Source: Geosiphon pyriformis uo1 (lineage: Eukaryota > Fungi > Glomeromycota). Taken from it: 64,000 bases of DNA. The position numbers and the translations under genes were made by a program. How positions within the stretch are numbered: the stretch's first letter is position 1; the number at the start of each line of letters is the position of its first letter. The notes beneath the pieces were generated by a model. The model did not search any database and had not been told where the DNA came from. It worked only from the letters and a program-made list of their open reading frames with translations. This document shows, in pieces, positions 1 through 12,802 of the stretch. The DNA lies in the NCBI GenBank assembly GCA_016748015.1, contig JAAOMT010000003.1:1368373-1432372 (forward strand). Direction: 5' to 3'.

Positions 1-2935
1 TTTCTCGTCTCATTTTCTGTGTCTTTCTGGGTAACCATATTTTTCTTTATTACAATGATTACAATAGTAGTGGGTGAGGTTTCTTGGGTCTTCGTCCGGT
101 GCGCTGCACGCAGTTATAGATGAGAGTTTCTTCTTGCAAACTGAGCATTCTAGCTTTGGTCTGCATTGCTAGTGGTTTCTTCGTGAACTTATCTGGTTTC
201 ATTCGGATCTTTCTTCGCTGGTCCACGTTGGTACGGCTGGTAGTCCTGTTCTTTGGTCATCAGCCCAAGAGAGCTGATAGGTTTCGATGGCTGGTAGTGC
301 TGGATTTTCCTCAAATTCGAAGGTAGGTCTTTGGTTGGCACTGGGTTTTTGGAAGTGGCCACAGGTGGCTGGAATTTTGGCCTGGTGGCCATTATAATTG
401 ATCAGAAGCTCTTGGGTGGTCCAGTCTANNNNNNNNNNNNNNNNNNNNNNNNNNNNNNNNNNNNNNNNNNNNNNNNNNNNNNNNNNNNNNNNNNNNNNNN
501 NNNNNNNNNNNNNNNNNNNNNNNNNNNNNNNNNNNNNNNNNNNNNNNNNNNNNNNNNGTAGTCCTGTTCTTTGGTCATCAGCCCAAGAGAGCTGATAGGT
601 TTCGATGGCTGGTAGTGCTGGATTTTCCTCAAATTCGAAGGTAGGTCTTTGGTTGGCACTGGGTTTTTGGAAGTGGCCACAGGTGGCTGGAATTTTGGCC
701 TGGTGGCCATTATAATTGATCAGAAGCTCTTGGGTGGTCCAGTCTAGAGTGGCATTGGCTTTTGTTAGCCAGTCATTCCCTACTAATGCTTGATATTGTG
801 TAGTGTCCATTACTAATACTTTTGTAGGTATTACTATGCCGTTAATTTCGAAAGGGAATGAGTCAATTTTGCCATGAGGCAGCTTTGTACTTCCATTGGC
901 TGTTATGATTTGGAATGTCGCAGCACGATCAACTTTGAAACCCAGTTGGTTTACTAGTTGAAGTGTTACGATGCTTCCAGCGGATCCGCTGTCTAAGATA
1001 AGTTTGATTGGGGTATTGTTTACAATGGCTTTCGTATACATAGCAGTGATTGGGCGTTTTTCATCCAATGCTGCTTCACTGAACATAGCCTCGTTTTTCT
1101 CTAATTCAAAAGGAAAAATAGCTGTGAGGCTGCTATCTTCGGTGGCAACTGCTGGTGGTATTGTCTGGCTCAATTTGGAGGAATTCTTGGTTCTGTTTAT
1201 GTTTCTACCGTCATTGTTTTCGATGATCAGGTTTTCCGGTATATTAAAGTAAGTTTGTTGATAATTTTGGTAGTTTGGATTGGTTTGCTAATTGGTTCCG
1301 GTGCAGTTTGAATTCCTCTGGACCAACATGTTCTGGTTCCACATAGGCTGATTTCGGGTCTCGGGACGCCAATTTGGGTTGGCTATCATGGGCTGTTGTT
1401 GGTAAGCTCCTTGATTTTGATACATGATGGGATATTGGCGTGGTATTGGCATGTACTGGTTTCTGGGCATTTGGGGTGGTGCGTAGTAATTATTTTCACG
1501 TGCTTCCTGCATCATTCGCGTTCGACATTAACTAATCAAATGTCCTATGCATTTGCAAAAATGGCAGGCGCGTGTTTCTGTTCTGAATTTCTGGCACGAC
1601 GAGCAATTATTTCAATTGTCACTGATTTCCTGACTGCGTCTTTGGGGTGGTTGGTATGTATTTTTTCTCGGATCCGGGATGAGGTAACTTTCTATTTTCT
1701 TAGAGAGTTCCTCCCCTAATCACGTTACTCTTTTCTCTAATGTTTCTGTCTTATTTTTCTCCATTACCATATTAACCATTTGACTATGGTTAGCTTCTTT
1801 CTCAGCCGATTCAAGAGCTCTGGCGAGCATAACGGCTTCTGGTAAGGAATTAGGGTGGGCAGGGCATACTCTTCCTAAAATGCTGCTTTTTAATCCTCTA
1901 ATAAACTGATTTAAAACCTGAGGATCAGTGTAGTATCCTTGTTCAATCACTTCAATCTGACGGCGAATTCGATTGAATCGAGCAAGATATTGGGTGACAG
2001 TTTCATCAGTATTTTGCTTAATAGTATTGAATTTGTTCTGTAGTTGGATTATAACGTTTGGGTCGCTAAAATACTCCAGGAGTGCATTTTTAAATTTGGC
2101 AAAGCTCGTGGGTTTTGTTTCCAGACTTTGATACCATGAGTCAGCTGTGCCTTTCAGGAAGAAAGGTAATGTTTGAATTGCTCTTTGGTCATTCCAGTTA
2201 TTTGCCTGGATGGCTTTTTGTGCTTCTCTGAGCCATATGTGCATGTCCGTTTCTTCTTCCTCTCCTAAAAAATCTGTTAGTCTTGCAATGTATGGTGTGG
2301 TCATTTCGTTGCCGTTTTCTGCTGGTGGGTTTATTGGTCTAAGAGGAGGTGGGATGATATTTCCTTGAGCATTCCTAAAGATGGCTTCTCTTATATCCGG
2401 TTCTTCCTCTTGATCATGAGTTTCTTGGTTTCTGGACTGGCTGCTTGTTCCAGTGACTGGCCTTATGATTGTTTTTTTGCTGGTCTCTTTTTCAGATTCC
2501 GATTCAGACTCCTCTTCACGGTTTTCAAACCCCGTTCTAAATTTTGGCTGAAAAAGAGGGTTTTGGAATAGTGATGAATATCCTCCTGTAATTGGTATGT
2601 CTCCCCAGTTACGTTGTTTAATTTTATCAATATAACTAGGAGTTCTTGGCGTTTGTGGAGTTGATGTTGATGATGATGCAGCTCCTAATGGAATTTGTAT
2701 CTTATTTTCTGGTGAAAAATGGTATGATTTATTTTCTGGTGAATAAANNNNNNNNNNNNNNNNNNNNTGGTTCTTGTTCCTTTCCTATATGATAATTTAT
2801 TCTGGCGTTGATATAATAAGTGAGGGCAGATTCTGCTGGACAACACCCTTCTGGTAATCCAAGATCACTTTGATTTTGTGTGTAAATAGCACAGCAGAAT
2901 TCAAGAACAGTAAGATTAGGGGTTTTTGTCACCAC
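1..2935 (-). mobile_element. Ty3/Gypsy-like LTR retrotransposon, decayed gag-protease region (continues off the left edge)
   Basis: Retrotrans_gag-like ORF 1720-2304 (W.REAQKAIQANNW...LKGTADSWY...IKQ..ETV..Y..RF). CCHC knuckle CHFCK(C)IGHLIS*C near 1525-1566. Retropepsin motif LILDSGSAGSIV and ALVGNDWL in ORF 199-1173. Several in-frame stops and a frameshift. No LTR boundary could be fixed. Confidence 0.88.
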
Positions 2936-3800
2936 TTTTGTCTTTTCCTTTTTAGCAATGAATTATTGCTAATTATTATTTCCTTTTTGATTTTCTTTCC
3001 TCGTAGGGTTCACCAAATGTTACGGGATGGTTTTCTTGTTATATTTAATTGCTGATATCCTGCTTTAATTGCAATTAGTCTTTCGTGAGTTCCTCAATTC
3101 TATTTGTGTGATAATGTCACTGTTACACTGAAGGCTTTTTTTTTTTACTGTTGCGATATAAGTTATTCTTTAATTCTTGATTGTTGTGTGTGTTTATGTA
3201 CTCCTTCTCAGAGGCTGAACTGAAATCTACTCATTGTCTGGGGTCTTTTCTGAGGCTATTCTTGCAATTGCCTGATGTGTTTCTCTAATCTAGAAACACA
3301 AAATGTTAATGGTTTTTAGTGCTTTTCTAATTCTCACAATAAAGCTTTTATCAATTAGTAACAACATGAATAATCTTGATCAAGGATTATTCTTCCAAGG
3401 GATTCAGTTGATGAATGATAGTTTCATTCAATAAATAATACAAGTAAGTTTCTTAATNNNNNNNNNNNNNNNNNNNNNNNNNNNNNNNNNNNNNNNNNNN
3501 NNNNNNNNNNNNNNNNNNNNNNNNNNNNNNNNNNNNNNNNNNNNNNNNNNNNNNNNNNNNNNNNNNNNNNNNNNNNNNNNNNNNNNNNNNNNNNNNNNNN
3601 NNNNNNNNNNNNNNNNNNNNNNNNNNNNNNNNNNNNNNNNNNNNNNNNNNNNNNNNNNNNNNNNNNNNNNNNNNNNNNNNNNNNNNNNNNNNNNNNNNNN
3701 NNNNNNNNNNNNNNNNNNNNNNNNNNNNNNNNNNNNNNNNNNNNNNNNNNNNNNNNNNNNNNNNNNNNNNNNNNAATACTTTCTTTTTGATATTTCAACC

Positions 3801-3886
3801 TGGTGTTTGCTGCTATCACCAGTTGGTGTTGGCTGCTATTGTGAACTGGTGCTTGCCACTATTGCGAGATGGTGTTTGCTACTATA
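3801..3886. repeat. Degenerate 23-bp tandem repeat, about 3.7 units (TGGTGTTTGCTGCTAT core)
   Basis: Units start at 3801, 3824, 3847 and 3870 with exact 23-nt spacing. Confidence 0.8.
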
Positions 3887-3889
3887 TTA

Positions 3890-6460
3890 ATCATTACCTT
3901 TCTAAGATTATTATTGTGCTATATTATGATTGAATAGTTTGTATTATTTTTATGATTCTTTTTGCTAAATTCTTAAACCGTAACAGTGGTTTCTGAATTT
4001 GGTTTTTTTTCTATTGTTATTATATTATATAATGTATTTTTAAATATATTTGCTGTTAATATTAAAATAGTTCTTAGTGTATTTAGTAAAGTTTCTTATA
4101 TTATGTTAAAACCAATTGGTGTTTAACAATATGTTGTTTATTTTAAGAATTTAGATACTACTATATTTGCTTTAAATTATTAATCAGTTTTGTTAAACAA
4201 AAATAGCATTAAAATTCTTTTTCTTATAAATTAAAATAAAACTATTCTGTCTTATAATAAATTTAAAACCAAATTGGTTAATCTTTTTTTTGTTGTACTG
4301 TTTATAAAATTAGTAATATGATTTTTTAAGTTGGTAGTCAAACTTGTTTTATTTCTTATTTACCTACTTTTGGTCATCATTCCCAGTTTGCTTTAATTAT
4401 ATTTGGTTTACAGAGTAATTTAAATATTGCTATTATTAGAATTAGTACTTTAAAAAAATATTACATCTGATAGAAAACTTTTAGATGTTAATGCTGTTTT
4501 ATATGCCAAAACTTGAATTATTTGGCTATTAATTATAAGATGTTATCACCTTTTCTTTTTAAAACTTTTAGGACTTTTGTGTCTTATTTTATTAATATTA
4601 AGTTTTATATTAAGACTATTGCTTTTGTGTCTTCTTTAATTTTTAATTTTTCAATTAATTTTGTTTTTTTGCTAATATATTGGTTGATATTTCTGCAGTT
4701 TCTTTTTAGTTGATTTCTTTGAAATCTAATTTGGCCAAGTTTTTTATTCTGGTTAAGTTTATTGTTAAGCCAGTTAAATTTTTGATTATTGTGTTTAAAT
4801 AATTTATTAATAGTAATTTGGTTTCAAGTAGTGTACTTGGTTTTAGGGTCAATAAAATTTTGGTATATATAAGTACTTTTAGTAAAACAGTTAATAAGTT
4901 AAAATGAAAAATAGTTGCTTTAAAAATTGAGTGTAATTATAAAGACATTAATATATCTGGCTTTTATATAAGTTTGTTTACAGTTAATAATAATATGTTT
5001 TCTAACTTAATATTACTAAAAACATGAATCTATTAATGTTAAAATTGATGCTTTAAAAATGACTAAGTAACTAATTAAATTGATTGATAATAGTACTATA
5101 TTATTTAAAATTATTTAAAAAATGTTTTTTTTGAATAAATTTTCTTCTAAAGTATTAATATAGTATAGTTTGAACTGGCTTAAATAGTTAATTATATGTA
5201 AAAAATATGTAAACTGTATTTAGTCTTGAAATTTTTAATTTATCTCTAATTTTTAAATAATAATTAGGTTATATTTAATAAATATATAATTATAATAAAA
5301 AAATTTTTTAAATAAATAATTTCTATATTAATGTTTGATTTTTTTTAAAATTATTTTTTAGTTTGTATATAATTTTATTAATACAAAATCTGTGTTTAAA
5401 AATAATATAAAGTTGTTTTATATAAATTTTGTTTTTTAAGTTTTTATAAATACTGTTTTTTAAATTAAACTTATTTATTTTATTTATTTTTTTAAGTTAG
5501 TTAATTTTTTTTAATTATATAATTTTTAATTATATAATTTTTAAATTAATCTTTTAAATTTATAATTATACTTATTTTATTTTTTGTTTTTTTAATTTTT
5601 TTTTAATAATTGTAATATATAAATATTATTTTTGGTTTTTAAAAAAATTTAAATATTGTAATTATTAAGATTAATATTTTTTTAAAATATTATATTTGGT
5701 ATTAAAATTTAGATTATTTAGTTATAAATTATAAGCTTTTTTTTTTAAGTTTTTATTTAAGTTTATAATTAATTTTAAAGTTTTTAATTATTTTTTGTTG
5801 GTATTAAGTTTTATATTAAGATTTTTGTTTTATTAATCTTTTTTGTTACTGTTTTTTTGGTTATTTTTGCTATTGGTATTATTATTATTAACTTATTAAT
5901 TGGTTTTAAAATGGTTTTTTTGAAATTTAAGTTAATTAAATTATGTTTTTGTAGATTCAATTTAATTTAATTTTAATTAATTTAATTAGTTAATTATATA
6001 TAAAAAACATATAAATTATAACTATTGTAAAATATTTCAATTATGTATAATTTGTATTTAATATATAATAATATTGTACAAATATAATTAATAATTAGAT
6101 CAAAAAAAATTATAAAAATTATAAATATAAAATTAAATTAATTTTTAATTTAAGAACAAATATTTATAATTATAATTTTTTATTAATTGAATTTGTTATT
6201 TAAAACAATATTTTTTAATAAAACTTTACAATAATAATAATTGTATTATGTATTATAATTATTTAATTAAAATTAATAATATACCTAAAAAGAATAACTA
6301 AAATAAAAAAATATAAAATACTTATAATTTTTGTTTTAACAAATATAGATTCTAATCAATTAATTAAAAAAAAACACTTGAAAAAATAAAAAATTCAATT
6401 TAAATAGTAAACAACATATATATATATACATAATTTAATATTTAACAATATATTATGATA
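3890..6460. other. Extremely AT-rich, CpG-depleted block, probably ancient decayed repeat or TE sequence
   Basis: Almost no CG dinucleotides and no credible ORF. It directly abuts the Gypsy element. Confidence 0.55.
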
Positions 6461-6512
6461 ACATATGTTGTGATTAGCTCCAAGTTTGCACCAATAGGCA
6501 TATTATTTCCAA

Positions 6513-8056
<1,544 letters not shown>

Positions 8057-8794
8057 GCTTAATTTAATATGGGATATGGGAGAAATTTTCCCAAAGTCCT
8101 CTTGTTTTGGAAGTCAATCGGACTTCTAGCCTCTTTTTAAAGGCTCTTTATTAAAAATACGTGGAAAAGCGGCCCTTTTTAAACATATCCAAGGGATCAA
8201 AGGATCACTGAGTGAAGTACAAAGTTTTTTATTGTGAATAAAAAATTTACAAGCTTCATTGTAAGCCTTTTGGGATGTGACCGATAGAAGGAAAATGATA
8301 AGTAGAACCTCGTGCAACAATTTTATATATTATCTTTATTCTAAAGGGTTGCTATTTACTAATAATAATAATATAGTCAAATCCTACATCATTAGCCAGA
8401 GTGCTCCTGGGTTGTCCATCTTTGCTGGAACGAATTTTAATTGATCTCCAATTGGAGATTCTTACGCATAATGGCGGATAAGTTTTTTAGTTTAGTTATA
8501 TTGAGAAATCGTGATCTAATAGCCAAGAAAGTTATCTTGAAAAGTTTTTGGCTTTTATGATTACATTCAAAAATCTGAATCAATAGGACCAATATATTAA
8601 ATAATTGTTTTGGAATGAAATAAATAAATTCTACATTTAATTAATATTAAATGCAAAATTTCATGTTCAAAATTTTCATAAATATATGGTAATTTAACCA
8701 AGTTATTTTGTTAAATATTAATGTTTATAAATTAATTGCACAGAAATTGATAATTGGATTAATAAAATTATTTGATTTTTAACTCTAATATATA

Positions 8795-11045
8795 CAGTCA
8801 GATCTCTATAAAAGAACACAGTTGGGACATGCAAATTATGTTCCATTTTAGAGGTGTTCTATTATAGAGTTTTATAATTATTATCAAATAAACTGTATTT
8901 ATTTATTAAATCAATCAATTATTATTATTATTATTATTATTATTAAAATATAGATTAATTGTTACCCGTTTTTTAGAATTTTCCTTCATTTTTTCGTAAT
9001 AATATAATTTTTTTCTAAGTAAATTTTGGTTTTCTATACTAAAATTTTCTTCTGCTAATTGCTCTTCAAATCTAATTACCTTTTTTAATGCTTCATATGC
9101 TTCTGTAATTGTAATTATAGCAGGTGGAGATTCTTCTAATTCTTTTTCCGAGTCATTAATTGTATTGGTTTCAATTTGAGCATCGGCTAAAACCATATCT
9201 ACAATTTCATTATCATCAAGAATATTTTCAGTTGCCAATAATTCATCAACTACTACAGTATAATCTTCGAGATTTTTGACCAATTGTTGTGCATTTGATG
9301 GTAAATTGTTGAATATATCCATAGTAATTGATGTTTCGGATTCTTGAATTTCTAATTCTTGATTATAGAAAAGAATATCCGTTTTTTGCCAACAGTTTTG
9401 AATTGTAACAGGTGTTGAAACCATAATTGAACAACATAATCAATTGCTTGTTTTATGTTTAATTTATTTCTAAAAAATAAATTAATATTAGATAAAATTA
9501 TATAATATATAATGATAATAATACTGTATATATTATATTACTTAACTGTTTAATATTAATTTTTTGTTCAAATTGATGTAAAATATGTTGACAATATAAG
9601 TGCTTATATTTGCCTTTGAAAGATTTGATAATGCCAGCATCCATTGGTTGAAGATGTGATATAGTATTTGGAGGAAAATAGTGCAAAGTAATATTGGTCA
9701 ATTGGAATGAATCTTCTCCGATTTGAGTATGATGAGAAGTTGCATTATCAACCAAAAGTAATATATGCCGATTTTGAATTCGAAAGCCTTCATTTATATA
9801 TTTGAGCCATGCTTTCCATATATTTGAGCGCATCCATGCTTTGGAATTGAATTTGTAAATCACAGGTAGGTTGGAAGTATTAATTCCTTTAAAGCATCTT
9901 AGATTTTTTGCATGTCCAATTACTAAAGGTTGCAATTTGTGAGATCCAGTTGAATTTGTAGCAAAAAAAATTGTAATTTAAAATTTATCCTATAAAAAAC
10001 CCAATTAATTTAATATAAGAATAATATATAACGATAACAATTGGTAAATATAATATACCAATTTTTTCCTGCATTTCGACATTTTGCAAGTGTTTGATTT
10101 GGTTCCATACGAAAAAATAATTCTGTTTTATCAGCATTATATATGTCAGCAGGATCAAATTCGGATATAATGGTTTTTAATTTTCTTCGTTCTTCTGGTA
10201 AACTTTCAGTTGATACACTTACTGCTTCACCATGAAATCGGTAAACACGTAACTGGTTTCGTTTTTTGACTTTTTGAACCCATCCATTTGAGAATTGCAT
10301 TTCATTCTTGTGCATACCAAGAAGTTTGGCAAATTCTTTTCCTTTCTCTTTAATTAGTTGATCATTGAATTCGATAGTAGCTGCAGTTACTTGTTCTACC
10401 CAATAACTTAAAGCTTGGTCTAATAATGGAAATTTAATGCTTTTGTGTCGAATAGATCTTTATGAGATTTCATTAATTTCAATATTCAACCACTTTGCAT
10501 GCTCTTTGGATATTTATGATTGAAGTAAGCTACAATATTATCATGTTTCGTGCCAGAGTGATTTTTGGAATATTGACAAATTTCTTTACGAAGAGCATCA
10601 TTAACTGCTGCTTGTTTTTGTTTTTTGAATAAAGGTTCCGACATTGTGATAATTTAGCAAGTTTGTTAGAAAATGTGCCTATAACGATAATATTAGATTT
10701 GGTTTTAGCAAGCCTGAATTGGAATACAATAGGGGCTAAGTGGCTGTATGTGAAAACAGACAAGATCAAAAAGAGTAAATCCAATGTAAATCGATTTAAA
10801 AGTAAGTTAGGATGAAATCAATTCAATACGTTCTAACTCTTTTCCCAATTAACATCTAGCACGTGATATTTGTTCTAATATGAAGGTAAATTTCGAATAA
10901 ACGTTTGATAAAATTATGTTCTTGTTCCTTTATAGATTGTTCTTATATAAAGGGAAATTGTTAATTAATCAATTGTTTCTATAAAAAAATGTTCTTTGCA
11001 AGAGGTTGTTCTTTTATCGAGGGTTCTTTTATGGAGGTCTGACTG
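8795..11045 (-). mobile_element. pogo/Tigger-like (CENP-B/DDE_1, Tc1-mariner superfamily) DNA transposon, copy 1, defective
   Basis: 23-bp TIRs CAGTCAGA(T/C)CTC(T/C)ATAAAAGAAC with TA on both flanks (8793-94, 11046-47). Transposase pieces: FPLLDQAL..W, FSNGW..K..KR, YNADKTELF, PLVIG..K..RCF, KAWM, LLLVDNATSH, LQPMDAGIIKSFK. Two GT-AG introns. Confidence 0.93.
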
Positions 11046-11119
11046 TATTTCATATAATTTGGTGCACCAATTGAAACACAATGCTTGTTTTTTTAAATTC
11101 GGTTTTTTTGCACCACACT

Positions 11120-12581
11120 CTAATTACTTAAAGGTGGAAGATCAATTACTATAGCCGTATTTACAGGGCGATACTTCAAGTTCACGGAGGAAGCATTAAC
11201 AAAAATTGTTGAATTCCGTTTTACATTACTTTCGGATATTGAAGAACACAAAGGCCATTCTCTCTCTAATACCCCAAATCCTTCATGGATATGTCCAAAA
11301 ACGTGTATCAATGGTTTGATCTTACCCACCCGTTCTAATAAATCTGGGCAACCTACCTCAAGATCTTGAAATGTTTTATCGAGAATCTAAAAATCAAAAA
11401 TTTAAATGAATTAAGGAATTATGTTAGGAAGAAACTAGATGAGAAAATATAAATACTTAAAAGATAACAAACTTTATACGGTGGGCCGTGGGTGATTAAA
11501 ATCTGGGTGTCCAATGGGATTTTTGCCCAGACCTCTATTATCGATGTGAAATCAATGAAGTCGGTCAAACCCAGCGGCTTATAAATTCATGTCTTTAAAT
11601 CAATCGTAAAATCTGTGAAACTCACTCTGGCACTCTTCTCCCCTTTTTGCATTGAACGCCCACTCACAAAACTCAGGTGACCAAGGACTCCCAAACACTT
11701 TGTATCCACACTCAGGAATCGTGTAGGATTCATCTTCCAAGTACACGATCCCATTTTTTGTATTTCGTACAATTTTCAATGATTCTGCAGAGTTTTCTTT
11801 ATTTCGATGAAATCTGTGCCAGTTTTTTTCATAAAAAGGGGGATCTAGTCTAACATGATAGAAGAATTGGAATAAGTATAAATCAAGAGAGTCGATGAAA
11901 ATTATTTCCACTTACGTCAAATCATGATTTCCGGCTATTATTATCTTGTAGCTTATTTTAAAATGATCATGTCGATTTCGTCATAACACAGAAAGGAAAT
12001 ATAAAATAAACCAACAGAATATTTTAACTTTTAATAATTCTAAATCAAAAAAGATGCGGGATTAAAAATTTCACACTACCGATGTGGAAGTCCTTTTAGC
12101 CAATCAAAAGTTGCGTGAATTTGGCCCACCGTTCCGTTTTTTGTCAAATCACCAGCATGAACTATATACGTGATCCAGAAGTTTAAGATTTCAAAACCAC
12201 GTTTTTAGGATTCACACGGGTGAAATTCGAATTCAATCATTGAAAAAAGAAAATAGCATCATGTAAAATCGGCTTTCATTCCGGTCCCCATTAAAACAGA
12301 GAGTTGATTACTTACTCAAAACGTCACCCACCGGCACAATAAATCCTTTGGTGTTGGCGTCAATCTTATTATGGGTATCACTGTTGGCCCCTTTGTTAAT
12401 AACTTACGATGGGACAATAAAAGTTTTAATCATTTTCTACTTGCCTAAGGCACACAAGCCTTGTCCACTCCACGCCGGGCTTGCTTGCTGGGACTTCTTG
12501 ACTTCCATAATATATATGTGGGCTTAGCGAATCACCTGTCTCTTTTTGAGATTCTCGCTGTTCCAGGTCAAGACAGGACAT
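11120..12581 (-). CDS. Metallophosphoesterase, MPPED1/2-like (calcineurin-like fold), multi-exon
   Basis: Spliced reading gives MSCLDLE...WTRLVCL|SDTH, DVL|IHAGDLT, IIAGNHD, YLEDE, FGSPWSP, LITHGPP, HVFGHIHEG, FVNASS. First intron is GC-AG at 12381-12444. Confidence 0.9.
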
Positions 12582-12802
12582 ATCAGCTTTTGAGAAAGTA
12601 TCAAGTATATGCTAGGGGCAAAAATGAAATTGTAATAGAAATCTGGGTTTTACAATAGTCGCACAAATTACAATCTTCGCTCTTAATCATAAGTGAAATG
12701 ATCTCTAGATTACAATTAATCTAATCTAATAACCAGTCAGTGATATATATTATCCCCGAATGTCCATATCAGCAATGCCTGAATAAAATTTCTATTTTCT
12801 AA

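Noticed and set aside
240-746. Exact ~189-bp direct duplication (240-428 = 558-746) flanking an N gap
   Set aside because: Identical sequence on both sides of a scaffold gap is typical of unmerged overlapping contig ends, not biology.
3424-3819. ORFs spanning N runs
   Set aside because: Artefacts of translating assembly gaps.
3801-3886. Repeat-spacer pattern as CRISPR or telomeric repeat
   Set aside because: Eukaryotic context, 7-nt spacers, degenerate units and no cas genes.
12381-12433. Apparent ATG at 12433 with a 27-nt GT-AG micro-intron
   Set aside because: The upstream ATG at 12581 with a GC donor at 12444 restores the conserved TRLVCLSDTH motif and gives a normal 64-nt intron.
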